Assembly (NCBI GenBank): GCA_964568845.1
Contig: CAZMSC010000001.1
Location: forward strand, 32,520 to 96,519
Reading direction: 5' to 3'
Length of the DNA: 64,000 bases
From: an uncultured Candidatus Bathyarchaeia archaeon
Lineage (GTDB): Archaea > Thermoproteota > CALKCG01 > B24
Numbering within the stretch: the stretch's first letter is position 1; the number at the start of each line of letters is the position of its first letter. The translations under genes and the position numbers were made by a program. The notes under the pieces were generated by a model, which saw nothing but the letters and a program-made list of their open reading frames with translations, ran no database searches and was not told the DNA's origin. Of the stretch, positions 44,608 to 54,819 are shown piece by piece.

Positions 44608-45785
44608 GCCTCTTCAGCCCTCCAAATCTTCATAAACCTATCCCTAGATTTATGAGCTATAAGCGTTGAAGTTACTATGAGAACGGTTGCCAGTATCACC
44701 CAGAAGAAGAAGGCTATAGCCGCTGGGTGGAATATGGATGTTGGAGGAGCTTTTATCAGAGGCACCGAGTTAGCTATCGTCCCAAATATCATAGCTACTG
44801 AAACGATGCCTACAATATCTCCTAGGAATTTTAAGCTCCTGTTTATGTAGTCGTATATCGCCTTACTGATGAGCAGTGTTAAGAAGCCTGCTAGAAAGAA
44901 GCCTAAGACACCTTCGATAAAGCTTGCGACTATTATATTAGAGAAGTTTATGAGGCTTTGAATGTCCGTAAGTTTCTCCACGGGGACGTTTGCAATAACA
45001 GAAGAGGAGCCTTGTGAAAAACCTAACCCACACATTATGAAACATACCACGTATCCGAAAACCCTTATGAGTATGGAGGGCTTCGATGAAACCTCCGAGA
45101 CTATGTAACCTATGGACTTATCTACGCCGAAACCCTTAATGAATAGGGTTAAACCCACAACCATGAGGATCACGGTTAACGTGTAAGGTATGAGCGGGAT
45201 TTCAGGGTAGAAGAGGGCTAACATGTACAAGATTGAAAGCGATAAAACTATTAAACCCGGAATCCCTAGAGTCCACTTAGTATACCTGGGGTCTTGAATA
45301 AGCATACTTAAATACCTGGTCAATATATACCAGCTGGTTTCAATAGACTCACTATGCTTAACCGCAAACCTTCTAACCGAAATTATCGGAACCTGAGACT
45401 GTATTATCGGCGAAATCTCCTGATCTGTATATCCATCGGAGACCAATATAGCCGCATCGGCCGGATATACTCTGAGAGTCTCCCTCAGAGATTCAGATAT
45501 CCGTCTATCCGCTTCAATCCCACCATTCTTAAAACCAGTTAAAACGGCCACTTCATAGTCACTAGACTTATCTTTAGATTTCAAACTATCCATTATACGT
45601 ACGGCTTCAAACATAGCATTTGCATCAGCCTCTTCAGGATCATTCATTATAAGCTTTAAAGCAGCTTCAAGAACCTTCTCCTTTCCAACAACTGGAGATT
45701 TTACACCCGTTTTAATACCTAAATCATCATCTCTATCTATACATAAAACAAGAATTTTCATAGATTTCCTCTCAACTTCCGTCAT
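44604..45785 (-). CDS. DUF373 family membrane protein
   Basis: MKILVLCIDRDDDLG soluble N-domain followed by multiple TM helices. Confidence 0.55.
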   Translation of the reverse strand: MTEVERKSMKILVLCIDRDDDLGIKTGVKSPVVGKEKVLEAALKLIMNDPEEADANAMFEAVRIMDSLKSKDKSSDYEVAVLTGFKNGGIEADRRISESLRETLRVYPADAAILVSDGYTDQEISPIIQSQVPIISVRRFAVKHSESIETSWYILTRYLSMLIQDPRYTKWTLGIPGLIVLSLSILYMLALFYPEIPLIPYTLTVILMVVGLTLFIKGFGVDKSIGYIVSEVSSKPSILIRVFGYVVCFIMCGLGFSQGSSSVIANVPVEKLTDIQSLINFSNIIVASFIEGVLGFFLAGFLTLLISKAIYDYINRSLKFLGDIVGIVSVAMIFGTIANSVPLIKAPPTSIFHPAAIAFFFWVILATVLIVTSTLIAHKSRDRFMKIWRAEEA

Positions 45786-46630
45786 TAAATTACCCCCATA
45801 TCTTCAGCTTCAGCCAAAATTTTAAGCTCTTCAGACGTAATTCGTTCACCTTTTCTAAGTTTATCTAGAACAATTTCAGCATTTTTAATTAAGATAGATT
45901 TAGCTTCATCTTCAACCCTCTTTTTCTCTTCAGCCTCTAAAGTTTTAAGCTCTTCAACTATCGCCTTCTCCTCAGCTCTCAATTCATTTAACTCCTTAAC
46001 CTTCTGAAGAAGATCCCTATGGTAATTGTCAGCCTCCTCCCTTAACGATTTAATCCTTTCATCAAGTTGAATAATAGCTTTTTTGATATTCTCTCTTTTA
46101 CTATTTACCTCTTCAAGATTACTTCTAATCGATTTTATTTTAATCTTAATCGCTTCTCTAGCTGCTTTAAGCTCCATCAAATTCCCCTTAAGCTTTAAAA
46201 CCTCCTCCTGCTGCTTTACCTCCCTCTCCAACCTAGCAATCTCACCCGCGATCTTTTTTTCAACCTGCAGATCTGTTGGAGTTGTCTGAAGCTTCCACTC
46301 CAACTCGGAGATGCGTCTTCTAAGCTCCTTCAACGGAACACTAGAACCGCTAATTCCAGCTTTAACTTCACCTATAAGCTGTCTAGTTTCCCTAAGCTTA
46401 GAATATTCAGAACTCAATTCCCCCTTTAAACTGGATATTTCTAAGCTTAAACGCTTATACTCTGATCTAAGCGTTTTGATTTCCGCAATAGCTTCCCTAA
46501 TTTCAGCGTTTAGTTTATTACGTTTCTCTTTAACCCGTCTAACATCTTCCAACAGGCTTCTACACCTACTAGAAGCTTCTTTCAACTTAGAAATTAGAAG
46601 ACCCCGTTTTTTATCCAACTCCGATTTCAT
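45785..46630 (-). CDS. Archaeal coiled-coil protein (COG1340-like)
   Basis: 281 aa of heptad-rich K/E/L sequence with no globular motif; start 38 nt downstream of the cdvB stop on the same strand. Confidence 0.5.
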   Translation of the reverse strand: MKSELDKKRGLLISKLKEASSRCRSLLEDVRRVKEKRNKLNAEIREAIAEIKTLRSEYKRLSLEISSLKGELSSEYSKLRETRQLIGEVKAGISGSSVPLKELRRRISELEWKLQTTPTDLQVEKKIAGEIARLEREVKQQEEVLKLKGNLMELKAAREAIKIKIKSIRSNLEEVNSKRENIKKAIIQLDERIKSLREEADNYHRDLLQKVKELNELRAEEKAIVEELKTLEAEEKKRVEDEAKSILIKNAEIVLDKLRKGERITSEELKILAEAEDMGVI

Positions 46631-46667
46631 CTAGTAAAAAAATATGGGAGGCTTTAAACTTAAAGGT

Positions 46668-47279
46668 TTAGCGAGAGGCGGTAGTTGTAGACGTGTCTGG
46701 TGTCGGAAGCTCCGGAAGTTCTGGAAGCTTCTCCTTAAGCCTATGCTCAGCCACAGCCGCGGCCTCCTCAAGCACCTTCTTAGCCTCTTCATTAGCAGCT
46801 TCCATATCAATGCTCATACCAGTGGCTTCACCGACTTCAACAACCATCTTGCCGATTTCATCACTTATTGCACCTATCTCATAGCTAACTTCAGGTATAA
46901 CCCCAGCCAAGTCTTTCTGAATAGCTTTAAGTATACCGGCTACTGGGACTATAGCGGCTGCTGTTTCACCCAGCTGATGAACTGTCTCCAACCTCAACAG
47001 AGCTTTCTCAAGTGCTAGTTGCGCTCCCAGAACCACTTTAGCCATTTTACGTGCCTCTGCGCATTCGTTAGCGTAAAGTGCTGCTCTAGCAGCATCACTC
47101 TTCATATGGGCGTTAACGCACTTTTCGAAGAGGTCTCTTTCATGACGCTCCATTCTCATAGCTGCTCCTTCAATCCTCGAATACTGCACTTTAAGTCTAT
47201 GGATAGCCATTGTAAGCCTTTGCTTTAGAGGAGTTCTTTCGAATATTCTACCGCCTTTATCCCACTTCTTAATAGACAT
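46668..47279 (-). CDS. cdvB: ESCRT-III / Snf7-family protein (CdvB)
   Basis: Helical hairpin pattern LKQRLTMAIHRLKVQYSRIEGAAMRMERHERDLFEKCV...ARKMAKVVLGAQLALEKALLRLETV and an acidic/proline C-terminal tail. ATG 47279 preferred over the track start. Confidence 0.7.
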   Translation of the reverse strand: MSIKKWDKGGRIFERTPLKQRLTMAIHRLKVQYSRIEGAAMRMERHERDLFEKCVNAHMKSDAARAALYANECAEARKMAKVVLGAQLALEKALLRLETVHQLGETAAAIVPVAGILKAIQKDLAGVIPEVSYEIGAISDEIGKMVVEVGEATGMSIDMEAANEEAKKVLEEAAAVAEHRLKEKLPELPELPTPDTSTTTASR

Positions 47280-47484
47280 TCTAAACGCCTCGTAAATACA
47301 CCGAGACGAGCATTCTTTAATGAATTGTTTAAAGGAAACTGTAGAATAAACATTTGAAAACACATGAAGTTTAATCGTTTCAATATATTTCCACAAGAGT
47401 TGTTGTGGAAATATATAATACTTCTAGCATTACGTAAGTATTATCAGCTTTATTTTTAAGGTAGCTTTTTCAAAGAAATCTTGT

Positions 47485-48297
47485 ATGCGGAAAGTCATAA
47501 CACTTTTAACAGATTTCGGATCATCAGATCCATACCCAGCCCTTATGAAGGGGGTCATATTAAACATAAACCCTGAAGCGACCATTGTTGACATCTCCCA
47601 CTCTATAGATAAGTTCAACGTTAAAATGGGAGCGTTCATATTAGCATATGCCGTCGATTATTTTCCAGAGAAAAGCATTCACATAGCCGTAGTGGATCCA
47701 GGCGTTGGAACAGCTAGAAAACCGTTAATTGTAGAGTGTTTTAAAGGCTACCTAGTAGGTCCTGATAATGGCCTTTTAATACCAGCTGCTGAAAAACTCG
47801 GTATAAAGGAAGTATATGAGATAGATTTAAGTAAAATTTCAACCAGTTATACTTCCCAGACTTTTCACGGTAGAGATGTCTTCGCCCCCGTAGCCGCTAG
47901 GATATCTAAAGGTGAAAGCCTAGATTTACTCGGAAAGCCTTACAGCAACTACGTTAAACTTACCCTACCAAAACCAAAGGTGACAGGTGGATACATTTTG
48001 GGTGAAGTTCTATATGTAGACGGCTTCGGAAACGTAGTAACAAACATAGACGATTCAGCCATTAAAGCGCTGGATATTAAAATTGGAGACTTTCTACTTA
48101 TCGAGACCGTTGACGGCAGTTTCAAAGTTAAACTCGCAAAAGCCTATGGAGATGTTGAACCGGGATCCCCGTTAGCAATAATCGATAGTTTTGGAAGGCT
48201 TGAGTTGGCTGTAAATTTAGGTGACGGAAGTAGGTTTTTCAAATTGAAAGTAGGTAACACCATGAAGATAAGTACAGTAAACAATATATCAAGCTGA
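47485..48297 (+). CDS. SAM hydrolase / SAM hydroxide adenosyltransferase (DUF62, chlorinase/fluorinase family)
   Basis: ITLLTDFGSSDPYPALMKGVILNINPEATIVDISHSI and FHGRDVFAPVAA motifs. Confidence 0.8.
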   Translation: MRKVITLLTDFGSSDPYPALMKGVILNINPEATIVDISHSIDKFNVKMGAFILAYAVDYFPEKSIHIAVVDPGVGTARKPLIVECFKGYLVGPDNGLLIPAAEKLGIKEVYEIDLSKISTSYTSQTFHGRDVFAPVAARISKGESLDLLGKPYSNYVKLTLPKPKVTGGYILGEVLYVDGFGNVVTNIDDSAIKALDIKIGDFLLIETVDGSFKVKLAKAYGDVEPGSPLAIIDSFGRLELAVNLGDGSRFFKLKVGNTMKISTVNNISS

Positions 48298-48321
48298 GTA
48301 GAATAATTTTACTTAAAATCC

Positions 48322-49110
48322 ATGAGCTTGGTAAGACGGCTACTTAAATTACTGGGGATCTACCGGCTTTACCTATGGTGGTTGAGGAGGGAAGTTAAAG
48401 ATGGAAATATTCCAAGCCATGTCGGGATAATTCTCGACGGCAATAGACGGTGGGCTTACAAGCACGGCTATTCTCCATGGCTGGGGCATAGATTTGGAGC
48501 TGAGAAGGTTGAAGAAGTCCTTAAATGGTGTCTCAATCTCGGAGTCAAAACAGTTACACTCTACGCGTTTTCAACTGAAAACTTTAAGAGGCCTTCACGT
48601 GAAGTTGAAGAACTGTTTAGGCTTTTTGAGGAGAAGCTTAAACAACTTCTCTCAATCCGTGAAATACACGATTACCATGTTAGAGTCAAGATTATAGGCT
48701 CATTAGAATTGTTACCTGAAGAGCTCAGAAGACTCATCGAAGAGATCGAGGCTAAAACAGCCAACTATGGAGAACGTTGGCTTAACATAGCCCTGGCATA
48801 CGGTGGAAGGAGGGAGATAGTAGATGCCGTTAGGAAAATAGCTAAATTCGTAAAAGAGGGCTCCCTGACCCCTGATGAGATAGATGAAGAACTTTTACAG
48901 AAATTCCTATACACGGCCCACCTACCGAACCCGGAGCCCGACTTGATAATAAGGACAAGCGGCGAGGAAAGGTTAAGCGGTTTCCTACTATGGCAAAGCG
49001 CATACAGTGAGCTGTGTTTTCTAGAGGTTTACTGGCCTGAGTTCCGTGAAATAGACCTGCTCAGGGCAATTAGAGTATACCAGAATAGGCAGAGAAGGTT
49101 TGGAGGATAG
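48322..49110 (+). CDS. uppS: cis-prenyltransferase (undecaprenyl diphosphate synthase family)
   Basis: HVGIILDGNRRWA, TLYAFSTENFKR and IRTSGEERLSGFLLWQSAYSE. Confidence 0.9.
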   Translation: MSLVRRLLKLLGIYRLYLWWLRREVKDGNIPSHVGIILDGNRRWAYKHGYSPWLGHRFGAEKVEEVLKWCLNLGVKTVTLYAFSTENFKRPSREVEELFRLFEEKLKQLLSIREIHDYHVRVKIIGSLELLPEELRRLIEEIEAKTANYGERWLNIALAYGGRREIVDAVRKIAKFVKEGSLTPDEIDEELLQKFLYTAHLPNPEPDLIIRTSGEERLSGFLLWQSAYSELCFLEVYWPEFREIDLLRAIRVYQNRQRRFGG

Positions 49111-49173
49111 AATATGTAGGCGGATTTAAACTTAAGAAGGAGAAGACCTCTAAGTGAAAAATTGGTGTAGATT

Positions 49174-49860
49174 TTGGCGGAGCTTAACGAGGAAATTTTA
49201 AAGCTTATAAATATGATATCTGACGAAACGCTAAGAATACTTGTACTAGACCTTTTAAAAAACCCAAGTCTTAAGCTTACGGAGGGGGAGCCTAAACTCA
49301 CAGCATTTGAAGATAGTTTAGGCTCCGTAGGCTTCCATCACTCATATAAGGGTGGATTGTTAGAGCATATGATTTCATGTAGCAGAATAGGCTTAGCGAT
49401 TTGCCGGGTAGTTGAAGAAGTATATGGTTCTAAAGTGAACAGCGACTTTGTTCTAGCGGCAACCCTTATCCACGACGTATACAAGACAGCCTTTTACGAT
49501 GAAAACTCGCCAACAGGTTTAAGCCAATTGGGTGAGAGAATAGACCATCATACGCTCATAGTTTCAGAGCTTATAAAACGCGGTTTTCCACTGGAAGTAA
49601 TCCACGCAGTTTTAGCAATTCATGGACAATACGGCCCCATGACTCCGAAAACCGTTGAAGCATTAATAGCCTACTTAGCAGATCAAGCCGACTCAACACT
49701 ATGCGATAGAGTCTTAAAAGCCGCTAAAAACTTAGTTAAAATCACAACGGGAGAGGAGCCTAAAACATTAACGGCAAGGGAGGCGTTTTCAATAATACTT
49801 GCTAAGCAGAAGGGTGGATGGGATTCGCTTAAGGAACTACTGTATAAGAACATTGGCTAA
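49174..49860 (+). CDS. HD-domain metal-dependent phosphohydrolase
   Basis: HHSYKGGLLEH...LIHDVYK (H...HD) pattern; TTG start. Confidence 0.6.
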   Translation: MAELNEEILKLINMISDETLRILVLDLLKNPSLKLTEGEPKLTAFEDSLGSVGFHHSYKGGLLEHMISCSRIGLAICRVVEEVYGSKVNSDFVLAATLIHDVYKTAFYDENSPTGLSQLGERIDHHTLIVSELIKRGFPLEVIHAVLAIHGQYGPMTPKTVEALIAYLADQADSTLCDRVLKAAKNLVKITTGEEPKTLTAREAFSIILAKQKGGWDSLKELLYKNIG

Positions 49861-49959
49861 TGATAGAACACAACCTTTCAAAAAATCGAAGTTAAAGTTT
49901 GAGGTTGGAAGTAAAAGAGAAGACCTAATGGAAACTATACGATAAGTCTTAAACTAAAG

Positions 49960-49969
49960 TTTATATATA
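49960..49969 (+). promoter_or_regulatory. TATA box (TTTATATATA) for the 5S rRNA gene
   Basis: Centre lies about 27 nt upstream of the predicted 5S 5' end at 49992. Confidence 0.5.
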
Positions 49970-49991
49970 GATTTTACCAACCTTATAACCC

Positions 49992-50112
49992 GGTTGCCGG
50001 CCATAGGGTGTGGGTCCGACCCGTTCCCATTCCGAACACGGAAGTCAAACCACACCACGTCTCCCTCTTCCCTAGTGGGAGACCCTAGGAGAGGGGGGAG
50101 ATGCTGGCAACC
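49992..50112 (+). rRNA. rrf: 5S ribosomal RNA (stand-alone, not linked to 16S/23S in this window)
   Basis: GGUUGCCGGCCAUAG...CCCGUUCCCAUUCCGAACACGGAAGUCAAAC loop-C/helix III signature. The 5' GGUUGCC pairs with the 3' GGCAACC. Confidence 0.9.
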
Positions 50113-50166
50113 ATTACAGTGAACGTTTATATCTTAATGCGTTTATTGATAATTTAGGAATAGCCC

Positions 50167-51285
50167 ATGAATTCAGAGTCAGTATTGCAACAAATCTTAT
50201 CTTCTGAAGGAGATAGACTGGGATTTATATTTCAAGCCATATTCATAGCATTGTTCCTATTCAGCATATTTTATGGGCAGAAGTTCCAGATTTGGATGAT
50301 GCTTAAGAACGTTGAAGTCGGACTTAATAGGATTAAGAGAATGAGAGATAATGCTAGACAAGCAATATTAGATTTATTGAGACGATTTAACAACGACCCT
50401 GGTTTGGAGAGCGCAATCGATAGGTTGCTTGAATACTTTTGGATCCCTCCTACATCTATAGATCCATTTGGCATTGTCGGCAAAATCGACCATCTTCTCA
50501 ACATAAGAGAGAGGAGATTTAGATGGGAACTTAAAAGCATAGCGCCAAATGTTGACGATAGTAGGCTTAGAAACATTGAAAACCTTATTGAAATAGGCAT
50601 CTCTCTAGATCAGATATATCGTGTGATGAGACACTACTATCTTCTAGGTAAGAAGACTATGAGCCTCTTCTTAATATATCAAGCAGAAGCCCTCATGCCG
50701 ACAGTTCTTCAGGAGGCTGAGGCGCTAACGGATGCCATCAAGGCTTTCAGCACGGGTCAACCTATAGGTGATGGTGTTGGAAGCCTTGTAGCCGCACGAT
50801 TTATGTATGGTGCTGAGAAAAAACCCATATCGGAAGACACGGTCATGGCTGAGGTCGAATTTGAAGGGAGGAAGCTCATAGTCGTTAAAGCACTCGGACC
50901 TGGGGGAAACGTCGGTAAACCAGGTGAAGCTGTTGAAAAAATCTTAGACGGTGGAAGGATAGCCGCCATAGTAATGGTGGATGCCGCTCTAAAACTTGAA
51001 GGTGAAGAGGTCGGTGAAGTCGCAGAGGGGGTGGGTGCGGCTATTGGAGGAATAGGTGTTGACAAGTTTAAAATAGAGGAAGCTGCTAAAAAGTTCAACG
51101 TTCCACTTTACGCCATAGTTGTGAAAGAATCTATGTCTGACGCTTTATCTACGATGAAATGGGATATATATGTCGGCGTTGAAAAGGCAATTAACAGAAT
51201 TAAACGGCTTATAAGAGAGAAGACGAATGTTGGAGATACGTTAATACTGGTAGGTGTAGGTAACACGATAGGCATAGGTCAATAA
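50167..51285 (+). CDS. Membrane-anchored hypothetical protein (possibly DUF1512 family)
   Basis: N-terminal TM helix FIFQAIFIALFLFSIFYG and a 372-aa archaeal-type ORF; family assignment is from memory only. Confidence 0.35.
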   Translation: MNSESVLQQILSSEGDRLGFIFQAIFIALFLFSIFYGQKFQIWMMLKNVEVGLNRIKRMRDNARQAILDLLRRFNNDPGLESAIDRLLEYFWIPPTSIDPFGIVGKIDHLLNIRERRFRWELKSIAPNVDDSRLRNIENLIEIGISLDQIYRVMRHYYLLGKKTMSLFLIYQAEALMPTVLQEAEALTDAIKAFSTGQPIGDGVGSLVAARFMYGAEKKPISEDTVMAEVEFEGRKLIVVKALGPGGNVGKPGEAVEKILDGGRIAAIVMVDAALKLEGEEVGEVAEGVGAAIGGIGVDKFKIEEAAKKFNVPLYAIVVKESMSDALSTMKWDIYVGVEKAINRIKRLIREKTNVGDTLILVGVGNTIGIGQ

Positions 51286-51301
51286 TACTGGGAGGGTTGC
51301 T

Positions 51302-51694
51302 ATGCCTGCGAAAAACAGCATAGGTTTTCTTATCGTTTTCCTCTTAATGGCTGCTCTAATTACGTGCAGCATATTCTTCCTCTTCCTGGCTGTTAAAGCT
51401 TATTCTCAAGGCTTTGAAGAGACAGCCCTATACTACTCTATGGCTGGGCTAATGGGTTTAATAATGTCAACATATACCTTGTCGAGAGTTATTCGAAGAA
51501 GGCCTTTGATCTCAACGACTTTAAACTACGAAGTTCAAACATTTCTACGGTGTTTAAAGTGTGGATTTTCAAATACTAGAGGCTTCGCCAACGGAGATTA
51601 CGTGTTGGGCTTTGGTGATAAATGTCCCCACTGTTCAACACCTATGGTCATACTTGCGATATATAGAACAACTTCTAAAAGGGAGAAACGGTGA
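51302..51694 (+). CDS. Membrane protein with C-terminal zinc ribbon
   Basis: Two TM helices then CLKCG...CPHC. Confidence 0.45.
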   Translation: MPAKNSIGFLIVFLLMAALITCSIFFLFLAVKAYSQGFEETALYYSMAGLMGLIMSTYTLSRVIRRRPLISTTLNYEVQTFLRCLKCGFSNTRGFANGDYVLGFGDKCPHCSTPMVILAIYRTTSKREKR

Positions 51695-51734
51695 GCTGTC
51701 CACGGCTATAAGCCTGTGGACTTCATACTTCAAT

Positions 51735-52634
51735 TTAAAGTGGAAAACCTGTAAGCTCTATAACGCCGTCTTCTACAACCAACACTGTTTCTTCAGCTTG
51801 AGCTACAAAGCCCCCGCTGACCTCTAGAAGAGGCCTATAGTTTTTTATTACGTTAAAGTTTTTCAATTTAGACCACGCATTTTGAACATTATACTCAAAG
51901 TTCATAGCGTAAATCCACCTCTCGGTAAAAGGCAACCCTCTAAACTTACTCCATAGTGTTTTTAAAAGAATATTCGCCTCAGTATTTCCAACCTTCTTGT
52001 AGGATAGGCATCTGTAAATTGTCGGCTTGCCAGACTCTATAACTGTTCCATCAGCCCAACGCTCTGTTATAAACGGCTCGACCGCATAGACGCCGTAGAG
52101 TTTAAACTTTCCACCCTGTAATGGGACGTTCGGTATTGAAACGCCAGTGTGTAGATTATACCTGGCGACCTCATGGCCGGATAGGTTTTTTATCGTTTTT
52201 AAGCCATACACGTCAGCTACTCTAGAGACAGCCTCACCTATATCATATACGCTGACGGATGCCCTTATACACTTTAATGCTTTCCTCAACGCCTCTTCAG
52301 CCGCTTCCTTGAGAAGCATATACTTCTCATCTAAAGCCACTGTGATGGCAGTATCAACTATATAACCGTCTACATGCACACCTAAATCCACCTTAACTAT
52401 AGACTGTTTCGGAATCTTTAACGGATCCATAGGCACAGCAGTATAGTGTGCCGCAACATCATTTATGCAAATGTTACACGGAAAGGCAGGCTCTCCACCC
52501 TGGCTCTTTATAAAACCCTCGATTTTCTCACATAAATCTAACACATTAGCCCCGCTTTTAACAATAGACGCGGCGAAGGCCCTCGCCTTTTTGGCGATCT
52601 CTCCAGCCTTAAAGTAAGGTTCGAAAACATCCAT
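51735..52634 (-). CDS. map: Methionine aminopeptidase, type 2 (archaeal)
   Basis: AFPCNICINDVAAHYT, VKVDLGVHVDGYIVDTA, SGHEVARYNLH and a C-terminal winged insert. ATG 52634 is used because the track's extension overlaps tRNA-Arg. Confidence 0.85.
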   Translation of the reverse strand: MDVFEPYFKAGEIAKKARAFAASIVKSGANVLDLCEKIEGFIKSQGGEPAFPCNICINDVAAHYTAVPMDPLKIPKQSIVKVDLGVHVDGYIVDTAITVALDEKYMLLKEAAEEALRKALKCIRASVSVYDIGEAVSRVADVYGLKTIKNLSGHEVARYNLHTGVSIPNVPLQGGKFKLYGVYAVEPFITERWADGTVIESGKPTIYRCLSYKKVGNTEANILLKTLWSKFRGLPFTERWIYAMNFEYNVQNAWSKLKNFNVIKNYRPLLEVSGGFVAQAEETVLVVEDGVIELTGFPL

Positions 52635-52645
52635 ATAGACACCTA

Positions 52646-52734
52646 TGGGCCCGCCGGGACTCGAACCCGGGACTTCCCGCTTTCTACGCATTTCTCCGCA
52701 GGCGGGTGTCCTATCCGTGCTAGACGACGGGCCC
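52646..52734 (-). tRNA. tRNA-Arg (anticodon GCG) with a 14-nt intron at 37/38 (intron 52682..52695)
   Basis: Reverse complement folds as GGGCCCG/CGGGCCC acceptor, anticodon stem CCCGC/GCGGG, loop CUGCGGA, and T arm CCGGG-UUCGAGU-CCCGG. Intron BHB: central helix CUGC/GUAG, bulges GG|A and AA|A. Confidence 0.9.
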
Positions 52735-53063
52735 TATAGGTATCTTTCAACATCTACGTAAAAACTCTTTCTTTTAAAGACCTTCTCTAAAATGGTTTAA
52801 ATTTAAATAAGCTAATATCGATCCTTCTTAGAAAGCTTAGGCTTTACGTATATACTGAGGAGACTTAAGATTTTAAGTGGTTGAAAACGCTCCGAGGGTG
52901 GAAAAGATGTCTAAGATATGGCTGAGCCGTATTTTTAACTAACATTAAAAATAGGACTGAAGTTTTATGTAAATTTAAGCTCCGGCATGTTTGACCAAAC
53001 ATATAAGTGTTGTCCTAAACTTTAAGTAGAACTAAAGCCCAATCTAATTGGGTGTGAAATTTC

Positions 53064-53408
53064 ATGTCGTTTTACAGATATGTAGATTATCTGCTTAAAG
53101 AGAGGAAAAATCTTGAGGAAAAACTTAAGACTTTAGATAAAGCGGAGGTTATAAGATTTGGTAGACAGCTTATAGCAACTTATCAGCAGAGCCTTCAAGG
53201 CTTCGACGAGTGGTTTACGAATTATGGAATTATGGAGAAGATGGAGCCTGAGTTGGTAAGGGAAATAGTTGCAAACCTTATGAATATAGGTTTTGAGCTT
53301 CTCAGATACGATAGAGACGTAACCATGATGTGGCTTGAGAGAGAGCAGAAAGAGATGAGGAGAAGGAAGGAAGAGGAAGAGAAAAAGAAACAAACTTCAA
53401 TCATATGA
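53064..53408 (+). CDS. Hypothetical protein with charged C-terminal tail
   Basis: 114-aa ORF; no recognised motif. Confidence 0.35.
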   Translation: MSFYRYVDYLLKERKNLEEKLKTLDKAEVIRFGRQLIATYQQSLQGFDEWFTNYGIMEKMEPELVREIVANLMNIGFELLRYDRDVTMMWLEREQKEMRRRKEEEEKKKQTSII

Positions 53409-53426
53409 TTAAAAACGAAAACGGAA

Positions 53427-54062
53427 TTAACGTATGGAGCCGCGCGTTAACTTAGCGCCACAGTTTGGACAATACATGTAGTTTATGGTTATAGGATGCC
53501 CACAGAATGGACATTTGTAAACGGTATAAACCCCTTCTACACGTGTAGGCTGAGCTACGCTGACGGCTAGAGACCTCTTAAACATATTGTAGATAGATAG
53601 TGCACCAGCTATTATGGGTAAAACTACACCTATCGGTACGATCCAGTATGATTGAGAGAGGTTTGAAGCCTGAGGGAAGGATACGTAAACGCTATCTATA
53701 GTGCTAAAGATTGTAGGCGCAGCCAAACCTATTGTAACGGCAATTGTGATCGAACGCACGTCTACTTCTCTCCGCTTAGACTCTTTCAGCAATATGGCTC
53801 CGCTTACAAGAACCATGAGGGCGGCTATAGATCTGACGGGGAATATTTCAATCCATCCTTGAAAAACCTCTCCGTTCATATTTGAGTAGGCGTAGCCTAC
53901 TAGGGGAAACTCTAAAACTGTAAACGTTTCTTCCACCGAAGAACCGCGAACATAATAGTTTGTTACACCTATTACCATAGTCCAGGGTATTAAAAGCGAT
54001 ATAAACATTAACGCTCCAGCTATCGTAATGGCTCTATTGCTCGGTTGCCCTTTAAACCCCAC
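53427..54062 (-). CDS. Membrane protein with C-terminal zinc ribbon
   Basis: Several TM helices then YKCPFCGHPITINYMYCPNCGAKL. Confidence 0.5.
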   Translation of the reverse strand: MGFKGQPSNRAITIAGALMFISLLIPWTMVIGVTNYYVRGSSVEETFTVLEFPLVGYAYSNMNGEVFQGWIEIFPVRSIAALMVLVSGAILLKESKRREVDVRSITIAVTIGLAAPTIFSTIDSVYVSFPQASNLSQSYWIVPIGVVLPIIAGALSIYNMFKRSLAVSVAQPTRVEGVYTVYKCPFCGHPITINYMYCPNCGAKLTRGSIR

Positions 54063-54219
54063 AGGAAATCAGCTCCAGTAAAAATCAACTCTGAAATGAT
54101 AGATAAAGGTATCTATTATTTATAAACTGAGGCATCCATAAATCCATTTAAGAGGTTTAACTGTTAGAAAAGATGAAAATAGAAAGTAAATATAAATAAG
54201 CGCACGTCTTTGACATGTA

Positions 54220-54819
54220 GTGATGTTTGAGAGCGTTTTAGAACGCTGTACTTTAACAGCCAGTAAAACCGCCCTCATAATAGTGGACATGCAGAAAGAC
54301 TTCATACATAGCAACGGTAAACTCTACGTGCTAGGTTCTGAGAAAATAATAGCCCCCTTAAGGGCTCTTTTAAACAGGTGTAGGGAGAAAGGGTTAACCA
54401 TAGTCTTTACACAAGATTGGCACCCTGAGGACGCAGTAGAATTCAGAATATGGCCGAAACACTGTATTGCAGAGACCCAGGGTGCGGAGATAATAGATGA
54501 ACTGAAACCAAACCCAGGTGAATTCATAGTTAAGAAGGAAACTTATGATGCTTTCTTTAATACGAACCTTGAAAGTATCCTCAATAGGGCTGGTGTTGAA
54601 AACGTCATAGTAACGGGAGTAGTGGCGAATATATGCGTACTTCACACGGCTGGAGGTGCCGCTTTAAGGGGATTTAAAGTAGTTCTACCAGTGGATTGCA
54701 TAGCTGCCTTGAACGATTTCGACCTTAAACTTACCATAAGACAAGTTTCATTCTTATATAAGGGGGTAATAACATCGAGTGAACTCATATCGTTCAATTC
54801 CTCCAAACCTCCTAGCTAA
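54220..54819 (+). CDS. Isochorismatase-family cysteine hydrolase (nicotinamidase-like)
   Basis: ALIIVDMQKDF, VFTQDWHP and VVTGVVANICV (catalytic Cys). Confidence 0.8.
   Translation: MMFESVLERCTLTASKTALIIVDMQKDFIHSNGKLYVLGSEKIIAPLRALLNRCREKGLTIVFTQDWHPEDAVEFRIWPKHCIAETQGAEIIDELKPNPGEFIVKKETYDAFFNTNLESILNRAGVENVIVTGVVANICVLHTAGGAALRGFKVVLPVDCIAALNDFDLKLTIRQVSFLYKGVITSSELISFNSSKPPS

Noticed and set aside
52635-52691. N-terminal extension of the methionine aminopeptidase ORF
   Set aside because: It overlaps tRNA-Arg (52646-52734) on the same strand. The internal Met at 52634 gives the family-typical start.
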